Shown in pieces: positions 1-9,019 of a DNA stretch of 64,000 nt. The notes beneath the pieces are model-generated. The model did no database searches, was not told the origin of the DNA, and was given only the letters and a program-made list of their open reading frames with translations. The stretch is from an uncultured Elusimicrobia bacterium (GTDB taxonomy: Bacteria; Elusimicrobiota; Elusimicrobia; Elusimicrobiales; UBA9959), in the NCBI GenBank assembly GCA_903879915.1, contig CAIRNJ010000060.1, positions 12,412-76,411 of the forward strand, written 5' to 3'. Each line of letters begins with the position of its first letter. The first letter of the stretch is position 1. A program made the position numbers and the translations under genes.

Positions 1-89
1 GGAAAAACGTGCTCCAGCGCCCAGACCTTGGAAAGCCTGTCCAGGACGAAGATGGCCAGCACCGCGGCCGGAGAAAAGAATTTCCTCAT
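1..89 (-). CDS. lspA: Lipoprotein signal peptidase II, N-terminal 29 codons only (gene runs off left edge)
   Basis: Not in ORF track (edge fragment). Reverse-strand ATG at 87-89 overlaps the ileS stop (TAATG). Hand translation MRKFFSPAAVLAIFVLDRLSKVWALEHVF shows a hydrophobic N-terminus and the D-x-x-S-K motif typical of LspA. ileS-lspA is a widely conserved gene pair. Confidence 0.6.
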   Translation of the reverse strand, partial: MRKFFSPAAVLAIFVLDRLSKVWALEHVF

Positions 90-2926
90 TATTTCCCGGC
101 GCCCTTCAATACCGCGGAGCAGCGGCCGCAAAGCTCGGGGGAATCGGCGTGCGAGCCGATGTCCCGGCGCCACTGCCAGCAGCGCGGGCACTTGGCGCCC
201 TCCGCCTTGTTCACCCTGACTTCCAGCTCCCCCGCCGCGGGGTCAAGCTCGACGGCGGCCTCGGAGACTATCAGCACCTGGGGCCACAGCGGCAGGGCGG
301 ATTCCAGGAAAACTTTCATTTCCGGTTTCGAGGTGCGCAGCGTCACGCGGGCTTCCAGGGAAGAGCCCACGGCGCCCGTCTTGCGCACTTCCTCTATGGC
401 CTTGGTGGCGGTCTCGCGCACGCCCATTATCTTCTCCCAGCGCTCCAGCAGGGCCTGGTCGGCCCAGGCCGCGGGAAATTTCGGGTAGTCGGCCAGGAAC
501 ACGCTCTCCTCCAGAGCCGGGTCTATCTCCAGCCTGGCGGTCTGCCAGGCCTCCTCGGCGGTGAACGACAGCACCGGGGCCGTCATCTTGAGCACCGCGG
601 TAAGGATGTCGTAGAGCACGGTCTGGGCGGAACGGCGCTCCACGGAGTCGGAGCTGAAGGTGTACAGCTTGTCCTTCAGCGAGTCCAGGTAGAAGGCCGA
701 CAGGTCCAGTATGCAGAAGTCCGCCACGGCGCGCACGGCCTGGCGGAACTGGAAGTTCTCGTAATGACCTGCCACGGCCGCCGCGGTCACGGCCAGCCTC
801 GCCCGCATGTAGCGGTCGGTCTCGAGCAGTTTGTCTTCGGCAACGCGGTGCAGCTCCGGCTTAAAGTCGCTGAGATTGCCCAGCAGATAGCGCAGCGTGT
901 TGCGGATCTTGCGGTAGGTGTCTATGGCCCCGGCCAGGATCTTTTCGGAGATGCGGACGTCCTCGGAGTAGTCGCACAGCGCCACCCACAGGCGCAGGAT
1001 CTCGGCGCCGTACTTGGAGATTATCTCGGCCGGGTCGATGGCGTTGCCCGCCGACTTATGCATGGCGTGGCCCTTGTCGTCGAGGATCATGCCGTGCGTG
1101 AGCACCGTTTTGAACGGCGGCTCGCCCCGCAGGGCTACGGCCGGGATCAGCGAGGTCTGGAACCAGCCGCGGTGCTGGTCGGAGCCTTCCAGGTACACGT
1201 CGGCCGGGAAGAACTTGCCGGGGCCGAGCATCCCCCCCTCGAGCACGGCGTACCAGGAAACGCCGGAGTCCAGCCAGACGTCCATGATGTCTTTTTCCTT
1301 GGCGAAGACGGCGCCGCCGCAGGAACATTTGTGCGGGCCGGGCCCCATAAGCTGCTCGACGGGCTCGGAGAACCAGAAATCGCTGCCTTCGGCCAGCACG
1401 CGCTCTTCCATGCGCCTGAGGAAAGCGGAATCGGTCTGTACCTTGCCGCATTCCTTGCAGTATACGGCTATGATGGGCGTGCCCCAGTAGCGCTGGCGCG
1501 ACAGGCACCAGTCGGGGCGGGTCTTGAGCATGCCCGCCATGCGCTCGCGGCCGCCGGCGGGCAGCCAGCGCACGCCGTCGGCGGCTTTCAACAGCTTCCC
1601 GCGCAGGCCGTCGAGGTCCACCTTCAGGAACCACTGCTCGGTGGCGCGGAAGATCACCGGCTGCTTGCAGCGCCAGCAGTGCGGGTAGCTGTGCTCTATT
1701 TTTTTATGCGCCAGCAGCAGGCCGTCGGAGCGCAGCGTTTCCACCACTTTGTCGTTGGCCTCGAAAACTTTCATGCCTTCGAAGACGCCGGCGTCGGCGT
1801 TGAACCTGCCGTCCTCTTTGACGGGGCAGAATATTTCAAGGCCCCATTTCTTGCCGGCGTGGAAGTCTTCCTCGCCGTGACCGGGGGCGATGTGCACGAT
1901 GCCGGCGCCGGTGGACATGTCCACGAAGTCGGTGGAGATCACCGGGCGCGTGAAGCGGCGGCTCTCGGGCAGATGCGGCGCCAGGCAGTGATGATACTTA
2001 AGCCCGACGAGCTTTTCGCCGGGGATCAGCGCGCCCTTCACGGCCTCGAGCCCCGTGGCGGCCAGGAAGCCGTCGGCCAGTTTGTCCGCCACTCTCAGGT
2101 ACTGCCCGCCGGCCTCCAGCACGCGGTAGCTCTCGGCCGCCGCCACGGCGGCGGCCATGTTCGAGGGCAGCGTCCACGGCGTGGTGGTCCAGATCACTAT
2201 CGAGGCGCGGCCTTTCGCGGCTTCGCCCAGCCCCTCGGGCAGGGTCTCCAGCGGGAAGCGCACGTAGATGGACGGCGAGGTCTTGTCCTTGTACTCCACC
2301 TCGGCGTCGGCCAGCGCCGTCTCGCACGAAACGCACCAGTAGATGGTCTTTTTGTCGCGGTGGATGTGGCCTTTCTCCAGCAGCTCGCGGAAGGCCCTGA
2401 TCACGGTGCCTTCGAACTCCTTGGACATGGTGATGTAGGGGGCGGCCCAGGCGGCCAGCACGCCGAGGCGCTTGAAGCCCTCGCGCTGTATGTCCAGGAA
2501 GCGGTTGGCGAAAGCGCGCGCGCTGCGGCGGAAAGCGGGGATGTCGTCTATGTGGCGCTTGCCCATCTTCATCTCTTTGAGCAGCGCCTGCTCTATCGGC
2601 AGGCCGTGGCAGTCCCAGCCGGGCACGTACGGCGTGTAATACCCCAGGATAGCGTGGGATTTGACGACCATATCCTTGAGGATCTTGTTGAGCGCGGTGC
2701 CTATGTGGATGGGGCCGTTGGCGTAAGGCGGACCGTCGTGCAGGATGAAGGGCTTGGCGCCGCGGCGCCGGGCCAGCATGCGCCCGTAAAGGTCCATTTT
2801 GGTCCAGGTCTCGAGTATGCCCGGCTCTTTCTTGGTCAGGTCCCCCCTCATGGAAAAGGAGGTGGTGGGTAAAAAAACGGTCTTGGAATAGTCCTTGCGT
2901 TCGGACAGATCGGCATTGGTGGTCAT
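89..2926 (-). CDS. ileS: Isoleucyl-tRNA synthetase (class I aaRS)
   Basis: From the internal Met (MTTNADLSERKDYSKTVFLP...) the ORF reads as IleRS. Motifs: HDGPPYANGPIHIGTALNKILKD (HIGH-type), HAMHKSAGNAI (KMSKS-type), and the C-terminal Zn ribbon CPRCWQW...CGRC. Start trimmed from 3043 to the ATG at 2924-2926 because the first 39 codons overlap motB and an AT-rich spacer. Confidence 0.95.
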   Translation of the reverse strand: MTTNADLSERKDYSKTVFLPTTSFSMRGDLTKKEPGILETWTKMDLYGRMLARRRGAKPFILHDGPPYANGPIHIGTALNKILKDMVVKSHAILGYYTPYVPGWDCHGLPIEQALLKEMKMGKRHIDDIPAFRRSARAFANRFLDIQREGFKRLGVLAAWAAPYITMSKEFEGTVIRAFRELLEKGHIHRDKKTIYWCVSCETALADAEVEYKDKTSPSIYVRFPLETLPEGLGEAAKGRASIVIWTTTPWTLPSNMAAAVAAAESYRVLEAGGQYLRVADKLADGFLAATGLEAVKGALIPGEKLVGLKYHHCLAPHLPESRRFTRPVISTDFVDMSTGAGIVHIAPGHGEEDFHAGKKWGLEIFCPVKEDGRFNADAGVFEGMKVFEANDKVVETLRSDGLLLAHKKIEHSYPHCWRCKQPVIFRATEQWFLKVDLDGLRGKLLKAADGVRWLPAGGRERMAGMLKTRPDWCLSRQRYWGTPIIAVYCKECGKVQTDSAFLRRMEERVLAEGSDFWFSEPVEQLMGPGPHKCSCGGAVFAKEKDIMDVWLDSGVSWYAVLEGGMLGPGKFFPADVYLEGSDQHRGWFQTSLIPAVALRGEPPFKTVLTHGMILDDKGHAMHKSAGNAIDPAEIISKYGAEILRLWVALCDYSEDVRISEKILAGAIDTYRKIRNTLRYLLGNLSDFKPELHRVAEDKLLETDRYMRARLAVTAAAVAGHYENFQFRQAVRAVADFCILDLSAFYLDSLKDKLYTFSSDSVERRSAQTVLYDILTAVLKMTAPVLSFTAEEAWQTARLEIDPALEESVFLADYPKFPAAWADQALLERWEKIMGVRETATKAIEEVRKTGAVGSSLEARVTLRTSKPEMKVFLESALPLWPQVLIVSEAAVELDPAAGELEVRVNKAEGAKCPRCWQWRRDIGSHADSPELCGRCSAVLKGAGK

Positions 2927-2991
2927 TTTCGCGCCTTTCAATACAAAGTGAAGATATGTATAAGTATACAAAAAAAGGCGCAAACAGGGCC

Positions 2992-3010
2992 CTTTCCGGC
3001 TGCCGGAAAG
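2992..3010 (-). terminator. Candidate hairpin between motB and ileS (ctttccgg-ctg-ccggaaag)
   Basis: Perfect 8-bp inverted repeat with a 3-nt loop, seen directly. On the minus strand a T7 run (plus-strand A-run 2970-2976) follows about 15 nt later. The spacing is not canonical, so it may attenuate or terminate only partially. Confidence 0.3.
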
Positions 3011-3039
3011 CGCATTACGCGGCACGGCCTCCCGGCCGG

Positions 3040-3732
3040 TCAATCCGATTTCATCAGTGAGATCTCTATGCGGCGGTTCTTCGCGCGGCCTTCCATGGTA
3101 GCGTTGTCCCCGATAGGCCGGTTGTCCCCGTAACCCAGGCCGGCCAGGTTCTTCGCGGGGATCCCCTGTTCGGAAAAGAACACCAGCACGCTGTAGGCGC
3201 GCGCCATCGAAAGTTCCCAGTTCGAGGTGTACTTGCCGCTTTTTATGGGCACGTTGTCGGTATGGCCTTCGATAATGATGTCTTTATTGACCTTTTTCAG
3301 CTCGTCCGCCATGGGCGCCAGGATCTTCTTGGCGGGCTCTTTCAGGGTGGCGCTGCCCGAGGTGAACAGCACGCCTTCAGGGAGCACCAGCTTGACCTTG
3401 CGCTCGTTGGACTGCATCTGGATGAGGCTCGAGAGCTCGGTGGTCTGCACGGTCTCCTTCATCTTCTCCTCGAAGTTGTCCGCTTTTTTATCGTCCTCCA
3501 TGCGGTCCAGGCGCTTCTGGTCCACCTTGCCGCCGAAGGCCTTCTGCAGGTTATTCATGGACTCTTCGTATTTCCGGCTTTTGGTCTTGTCGGTCTTGGC
3601 CATGGTAAAGGAGAACATGATCAAAAAAAAGATCATCAGGTAGCTCATCAGGTCGCCGTAGGTGACGGCCCACAGGGCGCCCTTGTTCAGCTGGTTCTCC
3701 AGGTCCTCGCGGCGGGTGCGGTAAACCGACAT
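3040..3732 (-). CDS. motB: MotB-like stator subunit (OmpA/MotB peptidoglycan-binding C-terminus)
   Basis: Single N-terminal TM segment carrying the conserved channel Asp (WAVTYGDLMSYLMIFFLIMF). C-terminal OmpA-like motifs GHTDNVPI, NWELSMARA, NRRIEISL. Confidence 0.85.
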   Translation of the reverse strand: MSVYRTRREDLENQLNKGALWAVTYGDLMSYLMIFFLIMFSFTMAKTDKTKSRKYEESMNNLQKAFGGKVDQKRLDRMEDDKKADNFEEKMKETVQTTELSSLIQMQSNERKVKLVLPEGVLFTSGSATLKEPAKKILAPMADELKKVNKDIIIEGHTDNVPIKSGKYTSNWELSMARAYSVLVFFSEQGIPAKNLAGLGYGDNRPIGDNATMEGRAKNRRIEISLMKSD

Positions 3733-3733
3733 T

Positions 3734-5353
3734 TCAGCCTTCCTTGAAGATATCCCCGAACCGGTCTTCGACGCTCTTCTTTATTTCGCGCAGGCGGGTG
3801 GTATCCGTTCTCAGGGCTTCCAGCATCGCGGTCATGGTCTCGAACTGCCGGCGTATCATCATGCCCGAAACGCCCGTGGCTTTCTGCAGCTGGTCGGGGC
3901 TGGCTTCCTTCAGGAAAGCCTCCAGCTGCGCGCCGGATTTTTCGAATTTATCCACGGACTCGGTCACCGCGGCCCTGAAGCTTTCCACGAACGCGGCGGA
4001 CAGCAGCGCCTCGGCGTATTTCGCGCCGAATTTCTCGAAGCGCTTGTCGTTCTCGGCCTTGACCGCGGCGGAGAAGTCCTGGTTCATCGCGCCGATCTCG
4101 GAGCGCAGGCGGCGGGAGAACTCTTCCAGCGCGTCGGCCTGCCGGCGGGCGGCGGCGGCGATGGAGGCGTCTATCCCCTCGGTCTTCAGGACGTTCTCCC
4201 TGGCTATGTCCTCGAACCGGGCGTTCTTTTCCGCGGCCAGCGCCGACTGCTCGCGCAGCAGTTTGCGCGACTCTTCCGCGGCGGCGGCCGTCTCGCGGCG
4301 CAGCGTCTCGGTCTCGGAATAAATTTTATCGCGCAGCAGCTCCATCTCGACGCGCACGTAATTCTCGAAGATCTCCTTGAAGGCCTGCGCGCTTTCTTTC
4401 ACGCCCGCGGCCATTTCCTGCCGGGAAGCCTCCAGGGCGGCGGCGTGCCGGCGCTCCTCTTCCCTGGCTTTAACGAAGAACTCGTCCTGCGCGGCGCGCA
4501 GTTCCCCGGCCGGGGTGTTGACCGCCATTTTTTCTATGCCGGCCGCGATCTCGGCGCGGAACGCCTGCTGGGCGGCGGCCTGGCGCAGCGCCTCTTCCTG
4601 CGCGCGGCGGAAGAACTCTTCCTGGGCGGCGCGCAGCTCTCCGGCGGGAGAGCTTTCCACGATGCGTTTTTCAAGGCTCTCCAGCCGCTGCGCGAGCAGG
4701 TCGAGGGCCGAGGCGGTCTTGTCGGAGGCGCGGTCGGCGTCCTCGCGGCGCCTGGTCTCGAGGGCCAGCACCGACGAGTAGAACTCCATCAGTTTCTTCT
4801 CCAGCTCCTCGGCGCGGCTCCAGGCGCGCTCCAGCTGCTCGTGCATCTGCCGGTCGAGCTCGGAGTATTTCTGCTGCTCGCGGACGGCCTTCAGCAGGTC
4901 CTCTATCTCGCGGCGGGCGCTGATCTTGGATTCCTCGATGTTCTTGAGCTGCGAAGCGGAGACCACGGCGGCGTGGCTGAAATCCGACAGGCGGCGCTCC
5001 ATCTCCTCGATCTTCTTGAGCAGCAGGTCGGTCTCCTGCGCGCGCCCCGGCGGCGGGGGCGGAGGGGCGTAATAGGCCGGAGGCGGCGGCGCCGAATACC
5101 GCATCTGGTCGCCCAGCCTTCTTTCCAACTGCGAAATTATGTTCCGCTCGAGATCGTCCATTTTCCGGTTAAGCGCCGTTATAGCTTCGGGGTCGGCCGC
5201 GGGCTTGGGCGCGGGGGCCGGCTTGGGCGCGGGGGCGGGCGCGGGGGCGGGCCGCGGAGCGGCCACCGGCCCGGGCGCGGGGGCGGGCGTCCCGGACAGG
5301 CCGGAGAAGATGGAGCCTTTGCCCCCGGGGCCGGGTTTTCCGAGGGGACTCAT
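3734..5353 (-). CDS. Pro/Ala-rich N-terminus plus long Glu/Arg/Ala coiled-coil protein, function unknown
   Basis: 539 aa. N-terminus contains PAPAPAPAPKPAPAPKPA and APPPPAYYAPPPPPP, then heptad-like charged helices. No TM segment seen. The start overlaps the upstream stop (ATGA) and the stop lies 1 nt from the motB start. Confidence 0.7.
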   Translation of the reverse strand: MSPLGKPGPGGKGSIFSGLSGTPAPAPGPVAAPRPAPAPAPAPKPAPAPKPAADPEAITALNRKMDDLERNIISQLERRLGDQMRYSAPPPPAYYAPPPPPPGRAQETDLLLKKIEEMERRLSDFSHAAVVSASQLKNIEESKISARREIEDLLKAVREQQKYSELDRQMHEQLERAWSRAEELEKKLMEFYSSVLALETRRREDADRASDKTASALDLLAQRLESLEKRIVESSPAGELRAAQEEFFRRAQEEALRQAAAQQAFRAEIAAGIEKMAVNTPAGELRAAQDEFFVKAREEERRHAAALEASRQEMAAGVKESAQAFKEIFENYVRVEMELLRDKIYSETETLRRETAAAAEESRKLLREQSALAAEKNARFEDIARENVLKTEGIDASIAAAARRQADALEEFSRRLRSEIGAMNQDFSAAVKAENDKRFEKFGAKYAEALLSAAFVESFRAAVTESVDKFEKSGAQLEAFLKEASPDQLQKATGVSGMMIRRQFETMTAMLEALRTDTTRLREIKKSVEDRFGDIFKEG

Positions 5354-7104
5354 ACTTTACCTCCCGGCGGCGGAGGCTGCGGAGGGGCCTGCGGCGGAAC
5401 TACCGGGGCCGCGGGCGCGGCGGGCGGCATCGGCGCCGGCGCGGCGGGCGCGGCCGAAGCCGTCTGAGCTCCGGCGGGCGCGGCGGGCGCGGGCGCTTCG
5501 GGAGCGGGCGCCGCGGGGGCGGCCCCGGCGGGCACCAAAGCGGATTTTTCCTCCGCCGCCGCGGCGGCCGCCGCTTTAAGGGGATCGGCTATGCGTCCGT
5601 CGCCTATAAGCTTAAGCGCGGAAGTAACTACGGCGTCCACCGCCTTTTCGGTCTTTTCCTGCGAAGGCGCGCCGTACTTCATGGTCTGTTCCAGCATGGC
5701 CCAGGTCTTTTCGGTAAGCTGCATTTTAAGTTTGTCGCGGAACTCGGGGGAGAAATCCCACAGCGCCATGGCCCAGTCCTCTATCTTGACGGCGGTGGCG
5801 AGCACGCCCAGGTCCTTCTCAGACAGCTTCATCAGGTCCTCGGGCAGCAGGATGCGGCGCCTGACCTTGGCGGCGATATCCGGGTGGTGGCTCTCCAGTT
5901 TCGCTATCATCTCGCGCTTAACTTTCAGGCTCACCCTGTCGAGCGTGTCTATCACCACGTTGATGCCGCCGAAAGCGCCGGCCAGCTGTTTTTCTATCTC
6001 GTCGCGGATGGTGGAAATGACCTCGGGGTCCACGAAGCGCATGCGCGCCATGTTGGCCACCACCTCGGAGGAGGTCTCGGCGGGCAGCATGCGCAGGAAT
6101 TCCGTTTTTACGTCCTCCGGCAGATGCCCGGCCACCAGCGAGATGTTGGCGGGGTCCTCGCCGCTCATCAGGTTCACCAGGAAATCGATCTGTTCGAGCC
6201 TGACGTTGAAAAGCTGCTCCTGGTCCGGCTCGGCCATCGAATGCCGGCCGCCGCCGTCCTTCCTTTCCACGATGTCCACCTCGAGCTTGCCGCTCTGCCC
6301 TGGGCCGGGAGCTCCGCCGGGAAGGCCCGCGCCCGCCGCCCCGCCGCCCATGGCGGCGTTGCGGCCGAGGTCCATGGTTATCTGGTGGCTCTGCTGGGCC
6401 TTGGCCATGGTGTTCATGGCGGTGGCGAGCTTAAGGAAGCCCACGGCCACCATCATGGAAATGATGCCCATTATAGTGAGCAGGCTGTATTTAAAAATAA
6501 GGGCCATGGACTCGGGGGTGTTCCAGATGGTGCGCCAGAGCGGAGCGAAAGGGGTTTTTATTATGGCGATATCGTCGCCGCGCTTCACGTCCAGGCCCAG
6601 CACTTCCGAAACCACCGAGCGCACGTTCTGCGCGTCGGCGTCGCTCATCGTCTTATTAATAATAACAGTAACAACAAGTTTCCTTACGAAAGAAGTAGGG
6701 AAAGAAAGTTTTTTCGAATACGACTGGTTCTCCCCCTCGGCGCTCATGGTAGGGAACCCGGGAAGCAGATATTCGTTAAAAGGCTGCCCTTCGGTAGTGG
6801 GGCTCTGCCATTTGAACATCTCGTCTTTATTCGCGGGCGCGGCTTTATCGCCCCCGGCCTTGAGAATATTCATCTCCTCGGTGCGGGTAAAATCCATATC
6901 GGCCTGCACCACCACCTTGGCCTGGTTGGGGCCCAGCAGCTTCACCAGCACCTCGTCCACCTTTCCCTCGAGCGATTTCTCGTATTTGGCCTTGTCGTCG
7001 AGAGGGAGGCCCTGCGCGCCGAGCAGCGTGACCTGGACGAAAAGCAGCGCCAGGAGCGCTGCCGCGCCCCTTAATGCCGTTCTTATCGCCGTCGCGTTCT
7101 TCAT
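5350..7104 (-). CDS. FliF-like ring-building domain fused to FliG-like rotor/switch domains
   Basis: Order of elements: signal/TM segment, then KVDEVLVKLLGPNQAKVVVQADMDF...VRKLVVTVIINKTM...VLGLDVKRGDDIAIIKTPF (FliF/YscJ RBM3-like), then TM segment (LLTIMGIISMMVAVGFL). The FliG middle/C-like region follows (EDLMKLSEKDLGVLATAVKIEDWAMALWDFSPEFRDKLKMQLTEKTWAMLEQTMKYGAPSQ...ALKLIGDGRI), then a Pro/Ala tail. Confidence 0.7.
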   Translation of the reverse strand: MKNATAIRTALRGAAALLALLFVQVTLLGAQGLPLDDKAKYEKSLEGKVDEVLVKLLGPNQAKVVVQADMDFTRTEEMNILKAGGDKAAPANKDEMFKWQSPTTEGQPFNEYLLPGFPTMSAEGENQSYSKKLSFPTSFVRKLVVTVIINKTMSDADAQNVRSVVSEVLGLDVKRGDDIAIIKTPFAPLWRTIWNTPESMALIFKYSLLTIMGIISMMVAVGFLKLATAMNTMAKAQQSHQITMDLGRNAAMGGGAAGAGLPGGAPGPGQSGKLEVDIVERKDGGGRHSMAEPDQEQLFNVRLEQIDFLVNLMSGEDPANISLVAGHLPEDVKTEFLRMLPAETSSEVVANMARMRFVDPEVISTIRDEIEKQLAGAFGGINVVIDTLDRVSLKVKREMIAKLESHHPDIAAKVRRRILLPEDLMKLSEKDLGVLATAVKIEDWAMALWDFSPEFRDKLKMQLTEKTWAMLEQTMKYGAPSQEKTEKAVDAVVTSALKLIGDGRIADPLKAAAAAAAEEKSALVPAGAAPAAPAPEAPAPAAPAGAQTASAAPAAPAPMPPAAPAAPVVPPQAPPQPPPPGGKV

Positions 7105-7116
7105 ATAGATACTCTA

Positions 7117-7857
7117 TTAGACCAGGTACGACTGCAGCCGGCGCTCCACCACCATGGGGATGCTGCCTTTCATGATCTCCAGCACGCCTTCCAGGATCAT
7201 CGACTTGAGCTTGATCTGCCCTTCCATGCGCGAGCGCATCTTGCCGGAGATAGGGATGCAGACCATGTTGGCGAAAAGGATGCCGAAGAAAGCGGAGGAG
7301 ATGGCGACGCCCATGGCGGGGCCTACGCGGTCGGGGTCCGACACCTGCTTGAGCACGCCTATGATACCTATAAGAGTGCCGAGCAGCCCGAACATGGGCG
7401 AGAGCAGGCCGAAGGTGCGGTAGACGTTCGCTATCTCGTTCATTTCGTCGGCGCCCTTATTGATCTCTATCTCTATCACGTGCTTCACGAAATTGGAGTC
7501 GTTGTATTCCAGGGCCGCGGACGCCACCCGGGCCAGGAACCCGCCGGCGTGCTTGGGATCGGCCTCTTTGAGCGCCGACAGGCCCAGCGAGCGGCACTGT
7601 TCCGTCAGCGCCACCATTATAGGGATAGTGCGCTGGATATCCGCGTTCTCGTCGAGCATCATCAGCTTATACAGCTCGGTGAAAGCCTTCACGAGGTACT
7701 TGAACGGAGTATTAATAAGCATGGAGACGGCGCCGCCGCCCAGCACCACGAACACGGCGTGCGCGTTCAAAAGGGAAGGCTCAAGCTGACCGGTCTGCAC
7801 GCCCACGGTGATCAGCGTAAAGAAGCCGACGATGCCCAGAATAGTGGCGAAGTCCAT
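7117..7857 (-). CDS. motA: MotA/TolQ/ExbB-family proton-channel stator subunit
   Basis: 246 aa with the 2+2 TM layout and a large cytoplasmic loop between them. C-terminal TM pair motif LLSPMFGLLGTLIGIIGVL...GVAISSAFFGILFANMV. First gene of the coupled string with the FliF/G-like and MotB-like genes. Confidence 0.8.
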   Translation of the reverse strand: MDFATILGIVGFFTLITVGVQTGQLEPSLLNAHAVFVVLGGGAVSMLINTPFKYLVKAFTELYKLMMLDENADIQRTIPIMVALTEQCRSLGLSALKEADPKHAGGFLARVASAALEYNDSNFVKHVIEIEINKGADEMNEIANVYRTFGLLSPMFGLLGTLIGIIGVLKQVSDPDRVGPAMGVAISSAFFGILFANMVCIPISGKMRSRMEGQIKLKSMILEGVLEIMKGSIPMVVERRLQSYLV

Positions 7858-8040
7858 ATATATCAGGTATCCTTATGTCCGCTGCACCAGCGTACTATGA
7901 TCATCTTCTCACATTAATTATAGGAAGCGGGTGTTTCAGAAAAGTTATAACGATGTTACAAAAAACCGGACGCGCGGCCCGGCCGCCGCGCGCCGCAAGG
8001 GCGCCGGCCGCAGCCTCGGACCGCCTGGTGGAGTTATATT

Positions 8041-8982
8041 TCATGAGTTTAAAGGTATGCGGAAGAAGAAGGTGGCGCCTTTGCCCAGGCCGGGGCTGGT
8101 GGCCTTTATGATCCCGTTATGCGCCCGCACTATCTCGCCGGCGATAGACAGGCCCAGTCCCCAGCCCTGCTTGCGCAGCTTCTCGTCCTTCTGGAATTTA
8201 GCCTGGTAGAACTTCTCGAAGATCAGCGAGGTTTCGCTGCGGTGGATGCCGATGCCGGCGTCCTTGACGTAGGCGCCGGCGCCGCGCGGCTCCGCGCGCA
8301 GCGTAAGCTCCACGCGCTTGCCGGGGGGCGTGAATTTTATGGCGTTGTTGAGCAGGTTCATCAGCACCTGCGAAAGCCTGAAGCGGTCGCCGTTGACCAT
8401 CAGCCCCTCGGGCAGCGGATTCACTACCAGGTCCACCCCTTTTTTCTGGGCGTTGATGGTCATGGCCGGAAGGATGTCGGTGGCCACCAGCGAGAAATCA
8501 AAAACGGCCTTTTCCATTTTCAGCTTCCCGGCCTCTATCATGGCGAGGTCCGTCAGGTCGGCGATGAGATGACCCAGCTGGTCCGTAGAGCCCACTATGT
8601 TCTTGAGGTACTGCGCTTCCTTCTCCCCCGTGCTGCGCTTCAGCAGGAGCTCGCTGAAGCCCCTTATCGAAGCCAGCGGCGTGCGCACGTCGTGCACGAC
8701 CATCGACATGAACTTCGACTTCATCTCGTTGAGGCGGCCGAGCTCCTGGTTGGACAGGACCAGCTTGGAGGTAAGTATCTCCAGCTCCTGCGAGCGCTGG
8801 CCGACGGCGGTCTGGGCCACGGCTATCTGCATGACGTACTGCTGGATGAGGTTGTTCGAGAAATTCTCGCGCTGGCTGAAAGAGCCCTGCTGCATGAAGC
8901 CCGTGACCTGGGAAACGAGCACCACGCCGGCGCCCAGCGCCAGCACCAACATGGGAATACCGAGAATGATCAAAAACTCCAT
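8041..8982 (-). CDS. Sensor histidine kinase (HisKA + HATPase_c), one N-terminal TM segment, no obvious sensor domain
   Basis: H-box MVVHDVRTPLASIRGF; N box LLNNAIKFTPPG; G boxes DAGIGI and GWGLGLSIA. Confidence 0.9.
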   Translation of the reverse strand: MEFLIILGIPMLVLALGAGVVLVSQVTGFMQQGSFSQRENFSNNLIQQYVMQIAVAQTAVGQRSQELEILTSKLVLSNQELGRLNEMKSKFMSMVVHDVRTPLASIRGFSELLLKRSTGEKEAQYLKNIVGSTDQLGHLIADLTDLAMIEAGKLKMEKAVFDFSLVATDILPAMTINAQKKGVDLVVNPLPEGLMVNGDRFRLSQVLMNLLNNAIKFTPPGKRVELTLRAEPRGAGAYVKDAGIGIHRSETSLIFEKFYQAKFQKDEKLRKQGWGLGLSIAGEIVRAHNGIIKATSPGLGKGATFFFRIPLNS

Positions 8983-9019
8983 AAGTTCAACTCCTGGTCA
9001 TATTAAACCACTTTTCGCG

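Noticed and set aside
149-2872. 907-aa plus-strand ORF covering almost all of ileS
   Set aside because: This is an antisense reading of an unmistakable IleRS gene. The product is Gly/Arg/Ala/His/Leu-rich with no recognisable motif, as expected from stop-poor antisense frames in high-GC DNA.
2927-3043. 39-codon N-terminal extension of the ileS ORF
   Set aside because: The extension overlaps the motB stop and an AT-rich spacer and reads as non-IleRS sequence (LFLYTYTYLHFVLKG). The IleRS homology begins at the internal Met at 2926.
3040-7857. MotAB-like genes as a Zorya anti-phage system or a Tol-Pal/ExbBD system
   Set aside because: The MotA-like protein is short (246 aa) and lacks the long ZorA tail. 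No ZorC/D-like, TolA/TolB/Pal or TonB genes are present. Instead, a protein with FliF- and FliG-like domains sits between the stator genes.
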